Assembly (NCBI GenBank): GCA_963756895.1 | Contig: CAVWPI010000006.1 | Span: 178,572-242,571, forward strand | DNA length: 64,000 bases | From: an uncultured Actinomycetes bacterium | GTDB lineage: Bacteria; Actinomycetota; Acidimicrobiia; IMCC26256; DASPTH01 | Direction: 5' to 3' | Shown: in pieces, positions 8,975-18,555 of the stretch | How the letters are laid out: each line of letters begins with the position of its first letter | How positions within the stretch are numbered: position 1 is the stretch's first letter | Translations under genes and position numbers: made by a program | The notes under the pieces: generated by a model | Told to the model about the DNA's origin: nothing | The model's input: the letters and a program-made list of their open reading frames with translations, nothing else | The model's database searches: none

Positions 8975-10549
8975 GTGACCGAGCAGTCGTTCGCGCCCGC
9001 GCCCGCAGTCACCTCAACCGAGTACGCACATCGGGGCTGGATCCTGGCCGTGATGTGCACGGCCCTGGTGATGGTCGTCGCCGGCGTGTCGATGCTCGCC
9101 AACGCGATGCCGAGCATCGCCGGCCAGCCTCGACGCCAGCCAGTCGTCGCAGCAGTGGATCGTCGATGCGTACGCACTGGTGCTCGCCGCGCTGCTGCTC
9201 CCCGCCGGCGCGATGGGCGACCGGTTCGGGCGCCGCGGTGCGCTGATCGCCGGCACCGCCATCTTCGGCATCGGGTCGCTGCTGTCGGCGTTCGTGAGCT
9301 CGGCCGGACCCCTCATCGGGCTGCGCGCGCTCACCGGCCTGGGCGCTGCGCTCCTCATGCCGGGCACCCTGTCCACCATCACCAGCGTGTTCCCGCCGGA
9401 AGAACGCGCCAAGGCGGTCGGCATCTGGGCCGGCTTCGCCGGTGCCGGCGGCACGCTCGGCATCCTCGTCTCGGGCGCGCTGCTCGAGCAGTTCTGGTGG
9501 GGCTCGATCTTCCTCGTCACCGCCGGGACTCGCGGCCCTGTCGTGCATCGGCGTGATCGCAGTCGTGCCGAGCACGCGATCCGAGGAGCACGTCGGCCTC
9601 GACCCGCGCGGCGCCGTGGTGTCGGCCATCGGGATCGGCCTGCTCGTCCTCGGGATCATCGAGGGCCCCGAACGCGGCTGGACGGATCCGTTCACGCTCG
9701 TCGGCCTGATCGGTGGCGTCGTCTTCCTCGTCGGGTTCATCTGGATCGAGCTCCGCACCGACGAACCGCTGCTCGATCCGCGCCTGTTCTCCCACCGCGG
9801 CTTCGCAACCGGATCGGCGTCGTTGTTCCTGCAGTTCTTCGCCATGTTCGGCTTCTTCTTCGTGTCGCTCCAGTTCCTGCAGCTCGTGCTCGGATACAGC
9901 ACGTTCGAGGCTGCGCTCGCGCTGCTGCCGATGAGCATCGTGATCCTGCCCATCTCGCGCGGTGGCCGGGACGATGTCGGAGAAGTACGGGCACCGTCTC
10001 GTCGGTGGCATCGGCCTCGCGGTGTCGGCGATCGGGTTCGGGCTGTTCGCGACCCTCGGCACCGGGAGCGGGTTCCTGGCGTTCATGTTCGTGACCATCG
10101 TGATCGGCGTGGGCGCCGCGCTGGCGATGACGCCGGCCACCAACGCGATCGTCGCGTCGCTCCCCCGCGCCAAGCAGGGCGTGGCGTCGGCGGTGAACGA
10201 CACGTCGCGCGAGCTCGGCGCCGCGTTCGGCGTGGCTGTCCTCGGCAGCGCGTTCAACACCGGGTACCGCAACTCGATCGACGGCCACCTCACGGGTCTC
10301 CCGGGCGAGGTGGCACAACAGGCGCGCGAGGCCCCGGCCATCGCGGTGCAGCTCGCGGGACGCGTGCCCGGCGGCGCCGCCCTCGCCGACGCGGCTCGCG
10401 AGGCCTTCACCACCGGGATGCGCTACGCGGTGCTCGTGGGCATGGGCCTGCTCGTGATCGGCGCACTGTTCGTGTGGTTCCGCGGCGCTTCCCGTACCGA
10501 GGAGGTGCTCGAAGACGACCTGGACGAGTTGGAGCCCGCTGCCGCTTAG
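8975..10549 (+). pseudogene. MFS transporter, drug:H+ antiporter (EmrB/QacA-like, many TMS); 3 frame breaks
   Basis: GTG 8975 with GAGGAG 6 nt upstream. VTEQSF...GWILAVMCTALVMVVAGVSMLANAMPSIAG / QWIVDAYALVLAALLLPAGAMGDRFGRRGALIAG...LEQFWWGSIFLV / GLAALSCIGVIAVVP...FLQLVLGYSTFEAALALLPMSIVILPIS / AGTMSEKYGHRLVGGIGLAVSAIGFG...stop. Confidence 0.8.
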
Positions 10550-11796
10550 AACCGGACGGGGACCGAGGTCGGTCCCCGTTCGTACATGCCGGTGATGCGC
10601 GGCGGCGGGCGCGTCGGCGTCGAGCCGCAGGTCCGGGAAGCGGTCGAGCAGCGCACCGATCGCGGTGACGAGCTCGGCGCGGGCCACGTGCGAACCGAGA
10701 CAGATGTGGGCGCCGGTGCCGAAGCCCATGTGGGGCTGCACCGGGCGCCCGGGATCGAACTGGTCTGGGCGCTCCCATCGCGCCGGGTCGCGGTTCGCCG
10801 CCGCCAGGCACATGTGCACGACCGCGCCCTCGGGGACACCGATTCCCGCGAGCTCGGTGTCGCGCGCGACGAAGCGGCTGAACATCGGATCGGTCGGCAT
10901 CCACCGCAGCGACTCCTCCACGACCGGTCGCAGCTGCGCGCGGTCGTCGCGGACTGCTGCCAACCAGTCGGGATGCGTGGAAGAGCGCGAGCATCGTGAT
11001 GCCCATCTGCTTCCACGTGGTGCCCGAGCCGGCGGCGAGGAGGATGAACGCGAAGATCAGCACCTCTTCGTCGGTGAGGCGGTGGGTGCTGCCGTCCTCC
11101 TCGGTGATCTCGGCGGCGACGAGCACGCTGATCAGGTCGTCGCGCGGCTCCGCGCGTCGGGCCTGCACGATCGGCGGCACGATGCGTGTGAACGCCTCGA
11201 TGCCGAGTCCGTCGGAGGTGACGGCCTCGCGGATGTCGAGGGCCTCACCGACCGACACGCCGAAGCTCCCGGTGATCGTGAGCAGCGGGATCGCGGAGAA
11301 GAACTCGACGTTGAGGTCGGCGGCACCGTTGGGCGCCATGCGGTCGAGCAGCGCGTCGATCGCGCCGACCACCCAGCGCTCGGTCCACCACGACGCGCGC
11401 TTGGGGAGGAACGAGGGTTGCACCAACGCGCGGTACCGGTGGTGCTCGGCGCCGTCCATGTAGAGGATGCTGGCGTTGGTGAGGCCCGGTGTGTCCTCGG
11501 GCGGAGGCTTCGACACGAACGACTCGCCGTCGCGGAACACGGCGTCGCACGTGGCCCAGTCGAACGCCGACCAGTGCGGCCGGTTCGGGTACGGAAGACC
11601 CTGGAAGAAGCCGTCGCCCGTGAACCCGACGAGCGGCCCGACGATCCCCGCGTGCACCGGTCCCGTCGCACGCAGCTGGTGGAACGCGGGATACGGATCG
11701 GTCGCGAACCCGCCGCCCGCGCGACGCGTACACCGCGCTGGTGAGATCGAAGAGCGCTCGCAAACGGTCGCCGTCGAGGGCGTCGTAGTCGCCCAC
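10546..11796 (-). pseudogene. Cytochrome P450; about 3 frame breaks
   Basis: MGDYDALDGDRLRALFDLTSAVYASRG / ...VHAGIVGPLVGFTGDGFF...YMDGAEHHRYRALVQPSFL...LLAAGSGTTWKQMGITMLALFHA / AAVRDDRAQLRPVVEESLRWMP...FGTGAHICLGSHVARAEL...DLRLDADAP / PPRITGMYERGPTSVPVRF stop. Its 3-prime end overlaps the convergent MFS stop by 4 nt. Confidence 0.8.
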
Positions 11797-11799
11797 GGA

Positions 11800-12228
11800 T
11801 CAGCGTCGTTCGAGCACCACGACGGGGATCTCGCGGTCGGTGCGCTCCTGGTAGCCCGCGTAGTCGGGCCACGGCACGAGCATGAGGTCCCAGAGCTGCT
11901 GGCGCTCGTCGCCTTCGGCGGTGCGCGCCCGCACCGGGATCACGTCGCCCTTCACCTGCACCTCCACGTCGGGGTGGGCGAGGAGGTTGAGATACCAACC
12001 CGGATGCTCGGGGGCGCCGCCCTTCGACGCGACCAGCACGAGATCGTCGCCGCGCTCACCGAAGATCAGCGGGAATTTCCGCAGCTCGCCCGTCGTGCGG
12101 CCCGTGGTGTGGAGCACGAGACACGGGGCCCCGTTCCAGAGGTACCCGACTTCGCCGTCGGTCTCCTCGTAGCGAGCGATGTGCTCGTCGCCGAACAGCG
12201 AGTAGTCGCGGGGTGCATCGTCGGTCAT
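11800..12228 (-). CDS. Nitroreductase-family deazaflavin (F420)-dependent oxidoreductase, DDN-like
   Basis: Intact 142 aa with ...LVLVASKGGAPEHPGWYLNLLAHPDVEVQVKGDVIPVRARTAEGDERQQLW..., the characteristic HPxWYxNL core. Confidence 0.8.
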   Translation of the reverse strand: MTDDAPRDYSLFGDEHIARYEETDGEVGYLWNGAPCLVLHTTGRTTGELRKFPLIFGERGDDLVLVASKGGAPEHPGWYLNLLAHPDVEVQVKGDVIPVRARTAEGDERQQLWDLMLVPWPDYAGYQERTDREIPVVVLERR

Positions 12229-12281
12229 GGGTCGCGCATCCTCCGGAAGTTGCTCATCGCGGCAGGGATAGGGTCACTCGC

Positions 12282-13212
12282 ATGGTACCGACGTCGGACC
12301 GGCTGTCGTTCGGCGTGATGTCGGGCGGCGCGGGAAGCGACGTCGAGTACCTCGAGTCGTTGCCGATCGAGTCGCTCTGGGTCGGCGGCCACGTGGCATC
12401 GCCCAACCCCTCACCCGAGGCGATGGTGGCGCTGGCGTGGTTGGCCGCCCACGCGCGAACGCGTGCGCGTCGGCACCGCCATCCTGCTCCTCCCGCTGTA
12501 TCCACCCGCGATCGTCGCCAAGCAGATCGCCGACCTCGACCGCGCCACCGACGGTCGGGTGACCCTCGGCGTGGGTGTCGGCGGCGAGTACCCGGCCGAG
12601 TTCGCGGCGTGCGGCGTACCGATCGGCGAGCGCGGGCCACGCACCGACGAGGCGATCCCGCTGTTGCGCCAACTCTGGACCGGCGAACCGTCGTCGCACC
12701 ACGGCCGTTTCCTCGACTTCGACGGGGTGCGCATCCACCCACCCCCGGTGCAGGGCGCCGACCTGCCGATCGTGGTGGCGGGCCGGCAGCCGGCGGCCAT
12801 GCGACGGGCCGCCCGCCTCGGTGACGGCTGGATGCCGTACCTCTACTCGCCCCGTCGCTACGCCGAGTCGGTGGCAACCATCCGCGAAACCGCGGCCGCC
12901 GACGGGCGCGACCTCAGCACCTTCGAGTGGTTCGCCTTCGTGTTCGTGAACGTCGACGACGACGGCGACCGCGCGCGCCACGACGCGGCGCACTTCCTCG
13001 GCGGCACGTACACCAAGGGCGACTTCGCAGCGATGATCGACCGCGTGGCGGCCGCGGGCACCGTGGACCAGGTCACCAGCACGCTCCAGGCGTTCGTCGA
13101 CGCGGGCGCGCGCCACCTCGTGTTCACCCCGATGGTGCGAGGCGATGCGCGTGCGCTCCTCGACCGGCTGGCGGGCGACGTGTTGCCGCGCCTGCACGTC
13201 GCAGCCCAGTGA
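12282..13212 (+). pseudogene. Luciferase-like monooxygenase (LLM) family oxidoreductase, probably F420-dependent; one frame break near 12452
   Basis: MVPTSDRLSFGVMSGGAGSDVEYLESLPIESLWVGGHVASPNPSPEAMVALAWLAAH / ERVRVGTAILLLPLYPPAIVAKQIADLDRATDGRVTLGVGVGGEYPAEF...LGDGWMPY... Confidence 0.75.
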
Positions 13213-14957
13213 CCGCGCCGGCGGCACCTCGCGCGGCCGCGGCACCGCTCGACGAGTCAGTCGGCACGCCGGGCTCCCCGACGGGGCGCACGAGCGTCGG
13301 TCCCTGGCTCTGGGTGCACCTCGGCAGCCTCGTCCTCGCGCTCCCCATCCTGGCCTGGATCAACCGCGACCAGTGGTTCGCCGGTGACGAGTGGAAGATC
13401 GTGACCACCAACGGTCTCGGATCGAACCCGACGCGTGCCAGCGTGTTCGCCCCGCACTTCGAGCACTGGGCGACTCTCGGCGTCCTCGCGTACAAGGCGC
13501 TGTACGGCGTGTTCGCGCTCCGCACCTACGTGCCCTACCTCGCCGTGTTGTTCGCGGTCCTCCTGGTCATCGCCCATCTCACGTGGCGCCTGCTGCTGCG
13601 CATCGGTGTGGTCCCGTCGTACGCGACCGCGGTTGCGGCCCTCACGATCGTGCTCGCGGCCGGATGGGAGAACCGTTCGACCGCGTGGCAGATGGTGGTG
13701 GTCGCTCCGGTGGCGTTGGGGTTCGGCGCCCTGCTCGTGATGCCGGCTCGGGGTCCGCTGGTTCGGCGCGACGCCGCCGTCGCCGCCCTGCTCCTCGTGG
13801 CGCTCACGTGCTCGGGCACCGGCGTCACCATGACCGCGGTGGTCGCGCTCGCTGCACTGTTGCGACGCGGCTGGCGCGTCGCCCTCGGCATCATCGCGGC
13901 CCCGGCCGCGGTGTACGCGCTCTGGTTCGCGCTCGAGGGCGCGTCGGGGCAACGCGACGACACCGAGCTCTCCACCGCGCTGGGCGACCTCCCCGGATTC
14001 GTGTGGCGTGGGCTCACCGGCGCGTTCAGCGACCTGACCCGCGTGCCCGACTCGGGAGCGATCGTGCTCGGACTGGTGGTCGTGTGGTTGGTGTGGCGGG
14101 CGCGGCCGCGCGTGGAGCCGTGGCCGCTGGTCATCGCCACGGCCGTGGGCGCGGTCTTCTCGATCGCGCTCACCGGCGTCCGCCGAGCCGGGGCGGGCCC
14201 CGAGTCGCGCTACGTCGACATCGTCGTGCTGCTCACGCTCCCTGCGCTCGCGCTCATGACCCAGGAAGCCGGACGGTACGTCGTGCGCCGGTTCGGGCGC
14301 CCGGCCCTCGCCGTGTGCAGCGTCATCGTGATCGCGTTCCTGGTGATCCAGGTGATCGCGTTGAACGACGAGGTGGGCAGCGAGGTGTTCGTCGGGGAGA
14401 TGCGCCCGCGCGTCCTGGCCACCGCGAAGCTCATGCGCGACGGCGAACCGCTCGCGAGCACGAACATCTTCGGCATCCCGTATCTCACCGAGCCGTCGAC
14501 GAGGACGATCGCGCGCCTCGACCGCAACGGCGAGCTCCCTGCACTCGACGTGTCCACCAGCGACGTGCTCACCGCACGTCAGTACGTGGAGACGGTGATC
14601 GGTGACACGTCGCAGTACCCCGAGGGCATGGCGACGGCGGTGCTCGTGTCCGGGGGCACTCCCACCGCGGGCGCTCCCGGGTGCTCCGTCATCTCGCCGT
14701 CCGATCCCAGGACGCGGCCTTCCGTGCTGATCGAGCTGCCCGCAGCGGGCTCGTTCCGGGTGGCGACCGACCAGCCCGCCACCGCATCGCTCCGATTCGT
14801 GGACGGCGCGACGCGCGGCAGACCGCGCCCGTTCACGACCGCACCCGGCGACGGCGTCGGCGTGGGCGCGTCGCAGGCGACCGACGTCGAGCTCACCTTG
14901 CCGCGCACCACCAGCACGCTGTGCGGCTTGGGCACCGCCGACGTTCGGAAACGCTGA
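13209..14957 (+). CDS. Polytopic integral membrane protein with a C-terminal soluble domain; function unknown (GT-C glycosyltransferase-like layout)
   Basis: GTG 13209 overlaps the LLM stop (GTGA). At least 9 hydrophobic segments by eye (e.g. WLWVHLGSLVLALPILAW, YLAVLFAVLLVIAHLTW, AVAALLLVALTCSGTGVTMTAVVALAAL, IVLGLVVVWLVW). An acidic motif FAGDEW follows TM1. The last ~190 aa are non-hydrophobic. No frame breaks. Confidence 0.6.
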   Translation: MTAPAAPRAAAAPLDESVGTPGSPTGRTSVGPWLWVHLGSLVLALPILAWINRDQWFAGDEWKIVTTNGLGSNPTRASVFAPHFEHWATLGVLAYKALYGVFALRTYVPYLAVLFAVLLVIAHLTWRLLLRIGVVPSYATAVAALTIVLAAGWENRSTAWQMVVVAPVALGFGALLVMPARGPLVRRDAAVAALLLVALTCSGTGVTMTAVVALAALLRRGWRVALGIIAAPAAVYALWFALEGASGQRDDTELSTALGDLPGFVWRGLTGAFSDLTRVPDSGAIVLGLVVVWLVWRARPRVEPWPLVIATAVGAVFSIALTGVRRAGAGPESRYVDIVVLLTLPALALMTQEAGRYVVRRFGRPALAVCSVIVIAFLVIQVIALNDEVGSEVFVGEMRPRVLATAKLMRDGEPLASTNIFGIPYLTEPSTRTIARLDRNGELPALDVSTSDVLTARQYVETVIGDTSQYPEGMATAVLVSGGTPTAGAPGCSVISPSDPRTRPSVLIELPAAGSFRVATDQPATASLRFVDGATRGRPRPFTTAPGDGVGVGASQATDVELTLPRTTSTLCGLGTADVRKR

Positions 14958-14982
14958 GCAGGACGGTGGCAGACTGCGCTCC

Positions 14983-16152
14983 GTGAACGAGCGCGACGAG
15001 CTCCTCGACGATGACCAGGCGCTGATCGCCGACGCGATCGCCGACCTGTGCACCGGGTTCGACGACGACTACTGGGCGCGATGCGACCGCGAGCACGAGT
15101 TTCCGTGGGACTTCTACGGGCGGCTGGCGGAGGGCGGCTGGCTCGGACTGGCCATCCCCGAGGAGTACGGGGGAGGCGGACGTGGCATCACCGACGCCGC
15201 GGTGATGCTCCACGAGATCGCGCGCAGCGGCGCGGCCATGAACGGCTGCTCGGCCGTGCACCTCACCGTGTTCGGTCTCAACCCGGTGGTGAAGTTCGGG
15301 AACGACCGGCTGAAGGACACCTTTCTCCCCCGCGCGGCCGCGGGTGAGCTGCACGTCGCGTTCGGCGTCACCGAACCCGACGCCGGCACCGACACCGGCC
15401 GCATCACCACCCGCGCCGAGCCCGACGGCAACGGCGGCTGGCGCATCCACGGCCGCAAGATCTGGACCAGCAAGGCACTCGAGTCCGAGGTCGTCCTCCT
15501 CATCGCGCGCACGGGCGAGAAGGACAGCGGCCTGAAGGGTCTGTCGCTGTTCCTCGCCGATCTCGACCGCGACTACGTCGACATCCGGGCGATCCCGAAG
15601 GTCGGCCGCAACGCGGTGGCGTCGTGCGAGGTCGCGTACGACGGCCTCCCGGTCGAGAGCTGGCGCCTCCTGGGCGAGGAGGGCAACGGCTTCCGGCTCC
15701 TGCTGCACGGGCTCAACCCCGAGCGCGTCCTGCTGGCGTCGGAGGCGTGCGGCATCGGCGAGGTCGCGCTCGACCGCGCCATCGCGTACGCCAAGGACCG
15801 CATCGTCTTCGATCGCCCGATCGGCGCCAACCAGGCGATCAGCCACCCCATCGCGCACGCCCATGCGCAACTGCGCGCGGCGTGGATGATGGCTTTGCAC
15901 GCGGGACGACGCTACGACGCCGGCCTCGAGTGTGGCGAGGCCGCCAACACCGCCAAGTACCTCGCGGCAGAGGCGTCGTTCTACGCCGCCGACCGCGCGG
16001 TGCAGACGCTCGGCGGCATGGGCTACGCGTCCGAGTATCACGTGGAGCGCTACTGGCGCGAGGCGCGCCTGCAACGCATCGCGCCTGTCACCCAGGAGAT
16101 GACGCTCAACTACCTCGCGCAGAACATCCTGGGCCTGCCCCGCAGCTACTGA
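14983..16152 (+). CDS. Acyl-CoA dehydrogenase
   Basis: Intact 389 aa: ...VAFGVTEPDAGTDTGRITTRAEPDGNGGWRIHGRKIWTSKA...DRPIGANQAISHPIA...QTLGGMGYASEYHVERYWREARL... Confidence 0.85.
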   Translation: MNERDELLDDDQALIADAIADLCTGFDDDYWARCDREHEFPWDFYGRLAEGGWLGLAIPEEYGGGGRGITDAAVMLHEIARSGAAMNGCSAVHLTVFGLNPVVKFGNDRLKDTFLPRAAAGELHVAFGVTEPDAGTDTGRITTRAEPDGNGGWRIHGRKIWTSKALESEVVLLIARTGEKDSGLKGLSLFLADLDRDYVDIRAIPKVGRNAVASCEVAYDGLPVESWRLLGEEGNGFRLLLHGLNPERVLLASEACGIGEVALDRAIAYAKDRIVFDRPIGANQAISHPIAHAHAQLRAAWMMALHAGRRYDAGLECGEAANTAKYLAAEASFYAADRAVQTLGGMGYASEYHVERYWREARLQRIAPVTQEMTLNYLAQNILGLPRSY

Positions 16153-16178
16153 CCCTCACCCCGCCCCATCCGCACCAT

Positions 16179-16215
16179 GCGTCAACGTTGCGGACATATC
16201 CAGCAACCTTGACGC
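16179..16215. terminator. Stem-loop between convergent genes; candidate bidirectional intrinsic terminator
   Basis: GCGTCAACGTTGC-ggacatatcca-GCAACCTTGACGC: 13-nt arms with 12/13 complementary, read directly. Lies between the ACAD stop (16152) and the NIPSNAP stop (16224). No U-tract. Confidence 0.5.
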
Positions 16216-16223
16216 AGGTTCGT

Positions 16224-16973
16224 TCAGGTGACGCTGTCGTCCAGGGGCGCGATCGCCGGGGCGCAGAGGGAACCCACATGGGGCGTCATGAGCTCCTCGC
16301 GCCAGTGGACGGCCCAGGTGCGGGCGCGCTCGTGCCACGCCTCGAAGCGGGGATCGCCGGGGGTGTCGCCCTCGGACGCCAGTCCACGCGCGACGTCGCG
16401 CGCCTTGCCCGCCCGCACGTGCGCATCGGCGTCGGTGGCCCAGATGGTGCACACCTCGTAGTCGTTCATGAGCACCTCGTACAGCCCGACCAGTCGGTGG
16501 CCGTACTCGGCGAGCAGCGGCACACGCTCCTCGCGCACCGCGGCCAGGTAGTCGAGCGCCGTCCCCGGGCGCACCTCGGTGAGCTCGTGCACGAACAGCG
16601 AACCGCGGACCTCGTCACGCGTGAGCGACTCGATATTCGGGCACCCCGGGACCGCGCCGAGCAGTCGGTCGAAGCCGCCCGAGCGGTACTCGAACGCCTG
16701 CTTCCACCACGCGTTGAGCGTCACGTTGCTCGACCGCTTCAAGCCGAGGCGATCGACCTTGCCGAACCAACCGTCCCATCCACCGGGGATCTCCCACACG
16801 TTGACGACCTGCGGCCACCGGGCGGTGATGCCCATCGTGTACCAGGTGCCGAGGAGCTCGAACTCCACCTTCTCGTCACCCGACTGCTGGAGCGTGTGCT
16901 CCATGTAGTCCCACTGGTGCATGCCGTTGATGTCGATGAACTCGTGGAGGTACAGGTCACGGTCCGCTGCCAT
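16224..16973 (-). CDS. NIPSNAP-like protein (two dimeric alpha/beta-barrel repeats)
   Basis: ATG 16973 lies 6 nt after the upstream stop. MAADRDLYLHEFIDINGMHQWDYMEH... and the second repeat SLFVHELTEVRPGTALDYLAAVREERVPLLAEYGHRLVGLYEVLMNDYEVCTIWATD fit the NIPSNAP pattern. Confidence 0.5.
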   Translation of the reverse strand: MAADRDLYLHEFIDINGMHQWDYMEHTLQQSGDEKVEFELLGTWYTMGITARWPQVVNVWEIPGGWDGWFGKVDRLGLKRSSNVTLNAWWKQAFEYRSGGFDRLLGAVPGCPNIESLTRDEVRGSLFVHELTEVRPGTALDYLAAVREERVPLLAEYGHRLVGLYEVLMNDYEVCTIWATDADAHVRAGKARDVARGLASEGDTPGDPRFEAWHERARTWAVHWREELMTPHVGSLCAPAIAPLDDSVT

Positions 16974-16978
16974 TCCGC

Positions 16979-18555
16979 TCACGCGTCGTCTCCCCGGTCG
17001 AAGAGGTGCTGCAGGCCGGCCTTGTCGACCTTGCCCGTGGTGGTCATCGGTACGTCGTCCCCCCGATCGTGCACCACCGGGTCGGCACCTTGAAGGAGCT
17101 GAGCCGTTCCTTCGCACCGGAGGCAAGTTCGTCGACGGTCGCGCTCACGGCGTCGTCGGCGAGCACGACCACCGCGGCGACCTCGGTGCCGCCACCGGGA
17201 CCGACGACGTCGACCACGTAGGCGCGGCGCACCACGGGGAGCGCGTGCAACGCCCGCTCAACCTCGCTCGGATAGACCGTCGCACCGCGCACCTTGAACA
17301 TGTCGTCGCGGCGGCCCGTGAGGAACAGGAACCCGTCAGCGTCGAGGTGCCCGACGTCGCCGGTCGCGTAGAACTCGTCCTCGGTGAAGACCTCCGCACG
17401 CGTCCGACCACAGATGCCCCGCATGAGGTTGGGGCCGCGCAGCTGCAGCTCGCCGGTCTCACCCGCCGCGACCGGCGCGCCGGTGCCGAGGTCGACCACG
17501 CGCACCTCGACGCCGTCGAACACCTGCCCGCAACCGCCCTCCTTGCCGAGCGGGAGCGTCTGGTCGAGTCGGTAGCCGGCGTAGGGCCCGAACGACTCGG
17601 TCATGCCGAGCAGACCCGCACGCTGACCCGGGGCCGCCTGCTGAGCCGCGGGCATGACTGCGTCGAGGCTCCCCGGGCGGAGCGACGAGAGATCGGCCGA
17701 CGCGAAGCCCGGGTCGCGCGCCAGCGCCGCCGCCTGGTCGGGCCACCCGCGGAACAGCGTCACCCGTTCGCGCTCGAGGAAGGGCAACGTGCGCGCGGGT
17801 TCGGGCCGCGCTTCGGTGAGCAGGGTCGCTCCCGCGAGGAGGGTCGAGAGGAGGCCGGTGCCGAGACCGCCCACCCAGAAGAAGGGCATCGGGATGTAGA
17901 GCCGGTCGTCGCGCGTGAGGCGGCGGACCTCGAGGCCGGCGGCGGTCGCGGCCAACGCGCCGCCGTGGGTGTGGATCACGCCCTTGGGCGTGCCGCGGCT
18001 GCCGGAGGTGAACACGATGGCGAGGTCGTCGGCGGGTCGCACCGACGCGTCGAGCGCGGCGACGAGCTCCGGGGCGTGCGCCGTATCCGGAGCGGGACTG
18101 GCGTCATCCCACACCGTGACCGTGCGCAGGCGAGGCAGCACGTCGATCATCAGTCGCGGCCCCGCCACCAGCTCGGGCGAGATCGCCATGAGGTCCGCGA
18201 CGTAGTCACGACCGAGGAACTCGCCCGGGAGCACGAGATGCTCGACGCCCGCGGTCCGCAACTGCGCCGCCAGCTCGGGCGGGCGGAGGAAGGTGGAGAG
18301 CGGCACGAGGGTGGCGCCCGCGCGCAGCGCCCCGAATGCCACCACGGGCCACGCGGTGCCATTCGGCATCAGCACACCGACGCGCGTGCCCTTGCCGACG
18401 CCGAGGTCGACGAAGAGACCGGCACGTGCAGCGCTGCGGCGCTCGAGCTCGCCGTAGGTGAGGGTGTCGTCGGCAGTGACGACGAACGCTCGGTCGGGCT
18501 GCTCGTCGGCCCAGCGGCGGACCAACGCGGGCACGGTGAGGCGCTCAGTGCTCAT
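16979..18555 (-). pseudogene. Acyl-CoA synthetase (ANL adenylate-forming enzyme); one frame break in a C6 run at 17059-17064
   Basis: MSTERLTVPALVRRWADEQPDRAFV...IVFTSGSRGTPKGVIHTHGG...LLGMTESFG...YATGDVGHLDADGFLFLTGRRDDMFKVRGATVYPSEVE...FKVPTRW, then after the break DDVPMTTTGKVDKAGLQHLFDRGDDA stop. As assembled the ORF ends at 17044. Confidence 0.85.
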
